Below are positions 1 through 7,741 of a stretch of 34,976 nucleotides of DNA, piece by piece. The position numbers and the translations under genes were made by a program. The stretch is from positions 1-34,976 of the forward strand of contig JBFWJC010000010.1 in the NCBI GenBank assembly GCA_050253415.1, given 5' to 3'. Under the pieces are notes generated by a model, which searched no databases, was not told where the DNA came from, and saw nothing but the letters and a program-made list of their open reading frames with translations. The stretch is from Pedobacter sp. (GTDB lineage: Bacteria; Desulfobacterota; Desulfuromonadia; Desulfuromonadales; Syntrophotaleaceae). Numbering within the stretch: the first letter of the stretch is position 1; every line of letters starts with the position of its first letter.

Positions 1-127
1 CTTGTCACTTGTCACTTGTCACTTGTCACTTGTCACTTGTCACTTGTCACTTGTCACTTGTCACTTGTCACTTGTCACTTGTCACTTGTCACTTGTCACT
101 TGTCACTTGTCACTTGTCACTTGTCAC
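1..127. repeat. Perfect heptamer tandem array (CTTGTCA)x18, truncated by the window start
   Basis: Direct reading: 18 exact copies plus one C. Rotation TGTCACT shares the GTCAC core of the window's ARTCACY/RGTGAYT heptamer family. Confidence 0.97.
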
Positions 128-154
128 AGCTTACGATTTGCGGATTATATATAC

Positions 155-193
155 AAAGAAAAAAAGGGTTAGCGATGTAATCGCTAACCCTTT
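155..193 (-). terminator. Rho-independent terminator downstream of tRNA-Leu
   Basis: Perfect inverted repeat AAAGGGTTAGCGAT (163-176), GTA loop, ATCGCTAACCCTTT (180-193). U-rich tail on the minus strand; T-run also on the plus side, so possibly bidirectional. Confidence 0.85.
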
Positions 194-202
194 GATTTTT
201 TT

Positions 203-289
203 TGGTGCCGAAGGGGAGACTCGAACTCCCACGGCCCTACGGCCACTAGACCCTGAACCTAGCGTGTCTACCAATTCCACCACTTCGGC
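203..289 (-). tRNA. tRNA-Leu, anticodon CAG
   Basis: Reverse complement GCCGAAGTGGTGGAATTGGTAGACACGCTAGGTTCAGGGTCTAGTGGCCGTAGGGCCGTGGGAGTTCGAGTCTCCCCTTCGGCACCA: 87 nt, acceptor stem, long variable arm, GTTCGA T-loop, encoded CCA. Confidence 0.97.
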
Positions 290-303
290 TTGAAGCGAGA
301 CAA

Positions 304-332
304 CTTATAGCAAATGGCCGAACCCAATGCAA
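304..332 (-). promoter_or_regulatory. Putative sigma70 promoter of the tRNA gene
   Basis: Minus strand TTGCAT-N17-TATAAG with TG of an extended -10, 14 nt upstream of the tRNA 5' end. Confidence 0.6.
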
Positions 333-379
333 CAAAAAAAAATTGTGTTTAGTATTTTTGTTCACCAGAAGCAAAAATC

Positions 380-482
380 AGTGATAAGTAACCGGCAATT
401 AGTGACTGGTGACTTCGAAAAAACCTTTTTAGCTGATTTCGCGTTCCGTAAACTAATCACAAATCACTTATTACCAATTACT
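380..482. repeat. Gene-less inverted heptamer element (RGTRAYY arm, spacer, ARTYACY arm)
   Basis: agtgata agtaacc ggcaatt agtgact ggtgact (380-414) and aatcaca aatcact tattacc aattact (455-482). Confidence 0.8.
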
Positions 483-489
483 CGCCTTA

Positions 490-2145
490 CTACATTCCCC
501 GCAACACAAAAGTCAGCAACACCCCATGAATACCCCAGAACACATACCGCAAGGTAACCCTGGAATGAACAGCCAGGATTTTAAAAGATACGAACAGCAC
601 AATTCCTTTAAAGATCACTTCATGCAGTCTATAGGTCAACTGCAACTCAGGTGACAATATCGCCAAAGACAGAGACATGGCAAACAGCAAAAAATCCATG
701 GAAGGCTGCTGCAGAACCCTTTCACCATTACGAAAAATCACCTTAAATACAACGAGTGCCCCACCCACCAGGAAAAGCACATTACGAACAGCTGCCTGGG
801 AAAAATAACTCTCACCACTGGTTAGTCCCAGTTGTTCACTCTGAAAAGCAATGACCATCCCCGACATGAAGAGCAAGGCCATCAAAAAAGGATTCCGTAA
901 ATCTCTGGCAAGAAAAAAGGACACGGAACTGATAACTAGCAAGACGATAGATATGCGGAATACCTGTTCACCGACATCCAACGGACTGCACGCGGTGTAG
1001 ATGAAAAAAACCAGCAACAACAGAGCCAAAAGAAAATCCACCTTTTGGTTCCAATGCGCCAACGTCTTGAATAAATACGAATCTTTCAAACTTCGATCAG
1101 AGTCTCGCCCCAGGATAGGTATAGACTCTTTATGCTTGAGCAAAAATCGCAACGATATGTAAAACAGGGAGGATAATAAAATATAGGAATACAGCAGAAA
1201 ATGCGCAGGTTGTTTATAACAAGTCAGAGCCACCATGCCCCAGAACAGGGTCATACCATGAATAATCAGTACCGTGAACCGGTGGTGAAAACCTAGGTCC
1301 AGAAAACGATGGTGCACATGCGTTCGATCCGGCACGAACGGGTTTCCCCGCCGCATGAGACGCTCGCTCATCACCCGCACCGTATCAATAATCGGCAATC
1401 CGAGAATAATGAAAGGAACAATAGGTTTAACCGTTGCTCCAGGTGTCTGGGTGAGAAAAATGGCGAGAAAACCAAGTAAGAAACCAACTGTGAGACTACC
1501 AGCATCCCCCATGAAAATACGTGCAGGATAAACATTGAAACGGAGAAAGCCAAACAAGCCACCCATAAGGGCGGCCGACAGAGACATAACAGCCAGGTTT
1601 CCGTCAAGGTAACCCAACAAAACAAACGCACCCAAAGCCACTGCCGCAAACCCGCCCGCCAGGCCATCCAGGCCATCCAGCAAATTCAAGGCATTGACGA
1701 CACCGACAATGGCAAACACTGTGAACACAACACCGAGCCAGGCCGGCATTTCGATCATGCCAAAGCCAAAAAGATTACCCAGATGGGTAATATACAGGCC
1801 ACCGACAAAGATCGTAACCAGACAGCCAAAGATCTCTCCCATAAATTTCTTTTTAGCAGAGAGACCGTATAAATCATCTACCATGCCGGTTGCAAAGACG
1901 ATCAGCGATCCAGCCAGGATACCTTTAACCTGACGCCCGATATCGTCAAAAACCAGCATGGCGAATAAAAACGCAATAAAAATCGCAACACCTCCGAGAC
2001 GAGGCTTGGGCCGAACATGCACCTTGCGCCCATTCGGAATATCAAACTGCTTTTTCTCAATGGCCCAGCGCCGTAGCGCAGGCACCATGATCAAAGAGAG
2101 GAACAAAGCTGTCAAAAATATGTACAGCTGATGCAACCATTCCAT
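490..2145 (-). CDS. wecA: MraY/WecA-family undecaprenyl-phosphate GlcNAc-1-phosphate transferase with C-terminal membrane extension
   Basis: Motifs RKVH..PKPRLGG, GMVDD, NALNLLDGLDGLAGG, IFMGDAGS, PDRTHVHH; many transmembrane segments. Confidence 0.85.
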   Translation of the reverse strand: MEWLHQLYIFLTALFLSLIMVPALRRWAIEKKQFDIPNGRKVHVRPKPRLGGVAIFIAFLFAMLVFDDIGRQVKGILAGSLIVFATGMVDDLYGLSAKKKFMGEIFGCLVTIFVGGLYITHLGNLFGFGMIEMPAWLGVVFTVFAIVGVVNALNLLDGLDGLAGGFAAVALGAFVLLGYLDGNLAVMSLSAALMGGLFGFLRFNVYPARIFMGDAGSLTVGFLLGFLAIFLTQTPGATVKPIVPFIILGLPIIDTVRVMSERLMRRGNPFVPDRTHVHHRFLDLGFHHRFTVLIIHGMTLFWGMVALTCYKQPAHFLLYSYILLSSLFYISLRFLLKHKESIPILGRDSDRSLKDSYLFKTLAHWNQKVDFLLALLLLVFFIYTACSPLDVGEQVFRISIVLLVISSVSFFLARDLRNPFLMALLFMSGMVIAFQSEQLGLTSGESYFSQAAVRNVLFLVGGALVVFKVIFRNGERVLQQPSMDFLLFAMSLSLAILSPELQLTYRLHEVIFKGIVLFVSFKILAVHSRVTLRYVFWGIHGVLLTFVLRGM

Positions 2146-2317
2146 CTTTTACTCCTCCAGATACTGCTCAAATTCAAAAAATGACCATAGTTACATTAGA
2201 TAAAAATCAGATTATTTCAAGCTTTTTAATATTTTGACATGTTTTTTGACACATAGAGTATCGGGCTTACCTTATGCTGGTTATCAGCGGCTATAGATTT
2301 AAGACCTAATAGCTTTT

Positions 2318-2496
2318 TATCCGCAGATTTACACAGATTTTCGCAGATAAAACCCATACCCGAATAGGACGCGGATCACATCTGATGCACGCGGATCTTC
2401 GCGGATAAAACCCCACACCCCAGGTTTTGTTTCGGTCAGATTTTCATCTGCGACAATCCGCCGTTATCTGCGGCTAACAGCCTTGGAATTGATTTT
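2318..2496. repeat. Composite 10-nt-period CGCAGAT/CGCGGAT palindromic element
   Basis: ccgcagattt acacagattt tcgcagataa (2321-2350); acgcggatca catctgatgc acgcggatct tcgcggataa (2369-2408); reverse arm atctgcgaca atccgccgtt atctgcggct (2446-2475). Confidence 0.85.
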
Positions 2497-2683
2497 TTGG
2501 ATAATTCGGATGCTAACGCAACAAGCAAGGCGAATAAAGCTCACATGTGACCGAGGAGTTTTTATGCACCCAAAATGAGCCACACCCCGTGCCACACTAT
2601 TGACCGGATATGTCCCAGAAGAGGAAAATATGAAAAATCAGCAGTGGCCATTTCCCATGACATGATGGCCGATAAAACCCCAT

Positions 2684-4147
2684 CTAAATCCGAATAATAA
2701 CTCTCTCACCCAACGCATCCTGCAACGCAGCCGCTAATGATTGCCGCGCTTCAACCTCTCCATGCACAAGCCGTACCTCTTTCGGAATGCAGCGCATGCG
2801 ACGCACAAAGTCGACAAGGTTACGCTGATCGGCGTGGGCCGAATAGCCCGAAAGAGTATGGATACGGGCACGGATATCGTAACGTTTTCCATCGAGTACC
2901 ACATAGCCACCACCAGGCCCGTATTGCTGGATATCGCGTCCAGGGGTGCCCATGGCCTGGTACCCGACAAACAGAACATCGGTGCGCGCATCACCGAGGA
3001 GTGTTTTCAAATAGTTGACGATCCGACCACCGCTGCACATTCCGGAAGCAGCGATGACCACACAAGGCCGACCATTGCGCTTTAAATAATCGACGGCCGC
3101 CAGGTGATCCTCATGCTCATCGATAGTGGTCAACTGTTCAAAAGACAGGGGGTGACGCCCTGCCCTTACCCGGCGACAAGCCTCCTTGTCCCAGAAAGCT
3201 CCCAGTTCCCGATAAACCTCGGTAAAACGGTTGGCCAGGGGCGAATCGACGATGATTTCCAGGTCCTCCCACGGCACTCCGGACGTCACGAACCGGGTGC
3301 GGTTGCGATGAATGATATCTTCCAACTCATAGAGCAATTCCTGGGTGCGGCCGATACTGAAAGCCGGCACCAGCACCACGCCCCGATTCTCAAGCGCAGC
3401 CTCGATTATCCCCTGCAACCGGGTGCGCCGCTCACGACGTCCCCCGTGCAAACGATCCCCGTATGTACTCTCCAGCACCAGCACATCCGCTCGCCAGGGC
3501 GAACGCGGTGCCGGCAGCAAAGGCGCATAGGGAGCGCCAAGATCGCCGGAAAAGCACACCAGTGATTGGTGATTAGTGACTAGTGACTGGTCCTTTGTCT
3601 TTTGCAAAGCACCGATGCCTGAGGACAAATGACGATGTTCATCTCGTATTCTGCATTCAACATATGCCGAACCGAGTATATGACCTGCAGGTTGCAGCTT
3701 GATGGACAGTTGCGTCGCCGTTCCGGTGTCAACACCTTGCCACTTTCCGTACGGTAACGGTGATATCAGTGCCTTAAGCCTTGTCAGAAAATTGTCCAGC
3801 AACCGGGGGTCCCGCGTCACCCCGACCTTGATCGCGTCTTCCAAGACCAGCGGCAGCAGAACCGCCGACGGCTCGCTGCAATAGATCGGCCCCTCAAATC
3901 CAGCAGCCAACAGATAAGGAATTCGCCCGACATGATCAAGATGCACATGAGTAACCACCAGCGCCTTGATATGCGCAACGGAAAACTCGATCTCCGGATA
4001 TTCCTCGCTGGCCCCGCCGGTGGAACACTCCTCCCCCTGGAACATTCCGCAATCGATAAGGATACCCGCACCCTCCGCCAGACGCAGTTCGTGGCAGGAA
4101 CCGGTTACGCCGTCGGTGGCGCTATGATTTACAAGGTGAAAGGACAT
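2684..4147 (-). CDS. MBL-fold metallo-hydrolase, beta-CASP / RNA-specificity-domain family
   Basis: VTGSCH, IDCGMFQG, THVHLDHVG (HxHxDH), AGHILGS, FSGDLG, ESTYG, PAFSIGRTQE, SGMCSGGR, YSAHAD, VHGE. Confidence 0.92.
   Translation of the reverse strand: MSFHLVNHSATDGVTGSCHELRLAEGAGILIDCGMFQGEECSTGGASEEYPEIEFSVAHIKALVVTHVHLDHVGRIPYLLAAGFEGPIYCSEPSAVLLPLVLEDAIKVGVTRDPRLLDNFLTRLKALISPLPYGKWQGVDTGTATQLSIKLQPAGHILGSAYVECRIRDEHRHLSSGIGALQKTKDQSLVTNHQSLVCFSGDLGAPYAPLLPAPRSPWRADVLVLESTYGDRLHGGRRERRTRLQGIIEAALENRGVVLVPAFSIGRTQELLYELEDIIHRNRTRFVTSGVPWEDLEIIVDSPLANRFTEVYRELGAFWDKEACRRVRAGRHPLSFEQLTTIDEHEDHLAAVDYLKRNGRPCVVIAASGMCSGGRIVNYLKTLLGDARTDVLFVGYQAMGTPGRDIQQYGPGGGYVVLDGKRYDIRARIHTLSGYSAHADQRNLVDFVRRMRCIPKEVRLVHGEVEARQSLAAALQDALGERVIIRI
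3561..3588. repeat. Heptamer array inserted in frame in the beta-CASP gene
   Basis: agtgatt ggtgatt agtgact agtgact; translates as QSLVTNHQSLV just before FSGDLG. Confidence 0.85.
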
Positions 4148-4156
4148 TTGAGAGGC

Positions 4157-4213
4157 AGAGATTGGTGATTTAGTGACTAGTAATTGGTAATTAGTGATTA
4201 GTAGTTGGTTAAC
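4157..4213. repeat. Left heptamer arm (RGTRAYT) of four-helix-bundle cassette 1
   Basis: agagatt ggtgatt t agtgact agtaatt ggtaatt agtgatt agtagtt ggttaac. Confidence 0.88.
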
Positions 4214-4309
4214 CTTGAACGATATTTGTAATTTATACAGGCCGCGAAAAAAAACATTTTCAAAAAAGCCTTATCGTTACACCTATTACGGGTTTTATCC
4301 CCTTACTAA

Positions 4310-4672
4310 TTATTTTTGAGGCTTTCCAAGCGATCTGATAAGACCTTTGAGCATCTTGGAGATCTGAGAAATATCCTGCTGCAGGCCAAGAAGCTTTTCT
4401 TGTTTCCCAATATTAATCAACTTGGCGATCTCTATCTGGGTATCCAACTCACTGGCTGAGCCTGAAGCGATATGAAGAAATTGAATAAACTCTTTTTTCG
4501 TCTGTCTTGCTGCACCTTCCGCAATATTACTAGCTATTGAAACACCAGCGCGACGCATTTGAGAAGTCAACCCATACTTCTCCTCCGGAGGGAAAACGCG
4601 CGTTAGAGAATAAATTTCTCCGGCCAAAGTCACAGATCGTTTCCAAACATCCAATTGCTTATGGTGTTTCAT
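4310..4672 (-). CDS. Four helix bundle protein (23S rRNA intervening-sequence protein / Avd-like family)
   Basis: 120 aa: LDVWKRS, FPPEEKYGLTSQMRRAGVSIASNIAEGAAR, KEFIQFLHIASGSASELDTQ. Confidence 0.93.
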   Translation of the reverse strand: MKHHKQLDVWKRSVTLAGEIYSLTRVFPPEEKYGLTSQMRRAGVSIASNIAEGAARQTKKEFIQFLHIASGSASELDTQIEIAKLINIGKQEKLLGLQQDISQISKMLKGLIRSLGKPQK

Positions 4673-4766
4673 TGATTTTAAAATCGGGCTCCAAGGACTC
4701 GGATTAGATAACTAACAAAGTCAAGATACCCGACTCTAAACATTAAGTAAAACTATTTTTCCAGCC

Positions 4767-4787
4767 AATCACTAGTCACCAATTACT
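4767..4787. repeat. Right (inverted) heptamer arm of four-helix-bundle cassette 1
   Basis: aatcact agtcacc aattact, the reverse complement of the 4157-4213 unit type. Confidence 0.8.
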
Positions 4788-4797
4788 ATAGTTTGGG

Positions 4798-6294
4798 TTA
4801 TCGCCCGTACTTATCATCAAAACGCACAATATCATCCTCCCCGAGATACGCTCCAGACTGTACCTCAATCAATTCCAGCGGAATCAAGCCGGGATTTTCC
4901 AGGCGGTGTCTGACTCCAAGGGGGATATAGGTCGACTGGTTTTCGGAGAGCACCACGGTATCTTCTCCGTGGGTGATGCGAGCCGTACCTTTGACCACGA
5001 TCCAGTGTTCGGCACGGTGATGGTGCAGTTGCAATGACAGGCTGGCGCCGGGATTGACGGTGATGCGCTTGACCTGAAACCGTTCGCAATGGTCGATGGT
5101 TTCATAACTTCCCCACGGGCGGTTGACCCGGCGGTGCAACAGGGCCTCGCCGCGCCCTTGCGCTTTGAGTTGCTCAACGATAGCCTTCACGTCCTGCGCC
5201 CGATCGCGCGGCGCTACCAGCACCGCATCGGCGGTTTCCACCACGACATGATCTTCAAGGCCCACCGCCGCCACCATGCGTCCGGTGGAGTGCAGATAGC
5301 AATTGCGGCTGTCATGGGTCAGCACATCGCCACGCACGACATTTCCCGCCACATCGGACGGCCCCACTTCCCAAAGCGCCGACCAGGAACCGACATCGCT
5401 CCAGCCAGCATCCAGTGGAATCACCACCGCCTCGGCGGTCTTTTCCATCACCGCATAATCGATGGAATCTTTAGGGCACGCGGCAAACGCCTCGGCATCC
5501 AACCGCACAAAATCAAGATCCCGCTGCGCTTTTTCCAACGCCTCACGACAGCAGGTCAGCATTTCCGGCGCAAACTTCTCCAGCTCTTCCAGATACCGCG
5601 AAGCACGGAACATGAACATGCCGCTGTTCCAGTAGTAGTCACCCGAGGCAAGGTAAGATTCGGCGGTGGCTAGATCAGGCTTCTCCACGAATTCTGCAAT
5701 AGCGAAAGCCGTCGGATCATTAACAACCTTCCCAGGATCACCTTCTGCGGATACTTTAGTCAGGGATTTGAGGTTTTCAACCAATAACCAATCACCAATC
5801 ACTAATGACTGCTTTTGAGCCCGTATGTACCCATACCCCGTCTCAGCTTTTGTCGGCACAATCCCAAACGTAACCAGCTTACCGGCCTGGGCAAGCTCAT
5901 TCCCGTAAACCACCGCGCCACGAAAAGTCTCCGCATCAACAATCACATGATCCGCCGGCAACACCAGCAACACCGGATCATCCCCTGCCCCAAGGGCCTG
6001 CAAGGCGGCCACAGCCACCGCCGGAGCGGTATTGCGCCCCACCGGCTCCAGCATAATCGCTCCGGCCGGGCACCCCGCCTGACGCAACTGCTCCGCAACC
6101 ATAAACCGGTGGCTTTCGTTGCACACCACTAGCGGCTCGGCCAGGTTCTGCAATCCGTTAAGACGAAGCTGGGTTTCCTGCAGCAGTGTAGCGTTATTCA
6201 CCAAAGGCAATAACTGCTTAGGATAAAGTTCGCGGGATAAGGGCCAGAGACGAGTACCAGCGCCGCCGGAAAGTATTATAGGTAATAGGTTCAT
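4798..6294 (-). CDS. manC: Mannose-1-phosphate guanylyltransferase / mannose-6-phosphate isomerase
   Basis: ILSGGAGTRLWPLSRELYPKQ, EPVGRNTAPA, FVEKPD, WNSGMF, WSDVGSW; C-terminal cupin RPWG..HHHRAEHW. Confidence 0.96.
   Translation of the reverse strand: MNLLPIILSGGAGTRLWPLSRELYPKQLLPLVNNATLLQETQLRLNGLQNLAEPLVVCNESHRFMVAEQLRQAGCPAGAIMLEPVGRNTAPAVAVAALQALGAGDDPVLLVLPADHVIVDAETFRGAVVYGNELAQAGKLVTFGIVPTKAETGYGYIRAQKQSLVIGDWLLVENLKSLTKVSAEGDPGKVVNDPTAFAIAEFVEKPDLATAESYLASGDYYWNSGMFMFRASRYLEELEKFAPEMLTCCREALEKAQRDLDFVRLDAEAFAACPKDSIDYAVMEKTAEAVVIPLDAGWSDVGSWSALWEVGPSDVAGNVVRGDVLTHDSRNCYLHSTGRMVAAVGLEDHVVVETADAVLVAPRDRAQDVKAIVEQLKAQGRGEALLHRRVNRPWGSYETIDHCERFQVKRITVNPGASLSLQLHHHRAEHWIVVKGTARITHGEDTVVLSENQSTYIPLGVRHRLENPGLIPLELIEVQSGAYLGEDDIVRFDDKYGR
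5776..5810. repeat. Heptamer array inserted in frame in manC
   Basis: ttcaacc aataacc aatcacc aatcact aatgact; translates as QSLVIGDWLLVE between GYGYI and FVEKP. Confidence 0.8.
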
Positions 6295-6316
6295 AATGTC
6301 TTCAAAATGAAATGTG

Positions 6317-6862
6317 TTATGAAAAAACTTCAGATGAATTTAGATTTATACCCAGAGCATCCTTGCTGGAAAGTTTGGGTTCTTCATCAAAAGGCCAATC
6401 AATGCCGATATCTGGGTCATTCCAAGTAATGCAGCGTTCATGCTCCGGAGCGTAATAGTCGGTAGTCTTGTACAAAAACTCGGCGATATCCGACAACACA
6501 AGGAAGCCGTGCGCAAACCCTTCCGGTACCCACAATTGCCGTTTATTTACAGCGGACAGAATAACCCCTACCCATTGGCCAAAAGTAGGACTCGATTTGC
6601 GGATGTCCACCGCCACGTCGAATACTTCCCCTACAGCACAGCGCACCAGCTTGCCTTGCGGTTGTTCGATCTGATAGTGAAGACCGCGTAGCACGCCCTT
6701 AACCGAGCGGGAGTGATTATCTTGAACGAAAGCCCGAGGCTGTCCGGTTGCGGCTTCCCATTGCCGCTGGTTGAAACTTTCATAAAAAAAACCCCGGTCA
6801 TCGCCGAATACTTTCGGTTCAAAAATGAGCACCTCAGGGATATCCGTAGCAATGATATTCAT
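6317..6862 (-). CDS. rfbC: dTDP-4-dehydrorhamnose 3,5-epimerase
   Basis: [37 protein letters not shown]. Confidence 0.96.
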   Translation of the reverse strand: MNIIATDIPEVLIFEPKVFGDDRGFFYESFNQRQWEAATGQPRAFVQDNHSRSVKGVLRGLHYQIEQPQGKLVRCAVGEVFDVAVDIRKSSPTFGQWVGVILSAVNKRQLWVPEGFAHGFLVLSDIAEFLYKTTDYYAPEHERCITWNDPDIGIDWPFDEEPKLSSKDALGINLNSSEVFS

Positions 6863-7740
6863 GACAAAGTATCCTTAAGAACTGCTTCAAGATAACTACG
6901 ATAACCCGACTTGGGAGTGTCATCGATGATCTGCTCAAAGCCGGCCTTATCGACAAACCCCTTGCGCAAGGCGATCTCTTCCAGGCAGGCGATTTTCAGC
7001 CCTTGCCGAGCCTCAAGGGTGCCGATGAAATGGCTAGCCTCCAAAAGACTCTCGTGGGTACCGGTATCCAGCCAGGCGATGCCACGGCCAAGCTTCTCGA
7101 CCCGCAATGCTCCGCGCCGCAGATATTCCAGATTGACGTCGGTGATCTCCAATTCCCCCCGCGCCGAAGGCTTGAGGTTTTTGGTGATCTCCACAATGTT
7201 GGCATCGTAAAGATACAGTCCCGGCACGGCATAATGAGATTTCGGCTGGACCGGTTTTTCCTCAATAGACAGAACCTTCCCGGCCTTATCGAAATCAACC
7301 ACACCATAGCGTTCCGGATCGTGGACTGGATAGCCGAAAACCATGGCCCCATCGGAGAAACCGCTGGTGATGGCATCCAGCCCCATCTTGCCGTAAAAGA
7401 TATTATCTCCGAGAATCAGACACACCGGATCCCCATTGATAAACTCCTCCCCCACCAGGAATGCCTGGGCAATCCCTTTCGGTTCAGCCTGCACCGCATA
7501 GCTCAAACGAATGCCGAAGCGGCTTCCATCACCGAGCAACGCTTCAAAACGGGGAGTATCATGCGGTGTGGAAATAATCAAAATATCATCAATCCCCGCC
7601 ATCATAAGCGTGGACAAGGGATAGTAGATCATCGGTTTATCATAGACCGGCTGCAGCTGTTTGCTTGCTATCAGGGTCAAAGGATAGAGTCGGCTACCGG
7701 CGCCACCGGCCAGTACGATCCCCTTGCGAATGCCTGCCAT
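6859..7740 (-). CDS. rfbA: Glucose-1-phosphate thymidylyltransferase
   Basis: [49 protein letters not shown]. Start moved to ATG at 7740 (MAGIRK). Confidence 0.95.
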   Translation of the reverse strand: MAGIRKGIVLAGGAGSRLYPLTLIASKQLQPVYDKPMIYYPLSTLMMAGIDDILIISTPHDTPRFEALLGDGSRFGIRLSYAVQAEPKGIAQAFLVGEEFINGDPVCLILGDNIFYGKMGLDAITSGFSDGAMVFGYPVHDPERYGVVDFDKAGKVLSIEEKPVQPKSHYAVPGLYLYDANIVEITKNLKPSARGELEITDVNLEYLRRGALRVEKLGRGIAWLDTGTHESLLEASHFIGTLEARQGLKIACLEEIALRKGFVDKAGFEQIIDDTPKSGYRSYLEAVLKDTLS

Positions 7741-7741
7741 G

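Noticed and set aside
203..289. tRNA as integration site of a genomic island
   Set aside because: The cluster lies on the 5' side of the tRNA, and no integrase or duplicated tRNA 3' end was seen.
9..293. 94-aa ORF with SLVTCHL repeats
   Set aside because: Artefact of translating a 7-nt microsatellite and the antisense of the tRNA.
327..557. 76-aa plus-strand ORF
   Set aside because: Overlaps the tRNA promoter and the heptamer hairpin; no family features.
2318..2496. CRISPR array interpretation of the decamer repeats
   Set aside because: Units are 10 nt, degenerate and contiguous, with no unique spacers and no cas genes.
2552..2665. Two tiny plus-strand ORFs behind SD-like sequences (MHPK; MKNQQWPFPMT)
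   Set aside because: Too short to support, with no further evidence.
4310..4672. Diversity-generating retroelement or rRNA intervening sequence
   Set aside because: An Avd-like fold is present, but there is no reverse transcriptase, TR/VR pair or rRNA in the window.
4157..4787. Classical IS element call for the repeat-flanked cassettes
   Set aside because: No transposase, no discrete terminal inverted repeats and no target-site duplication identified.
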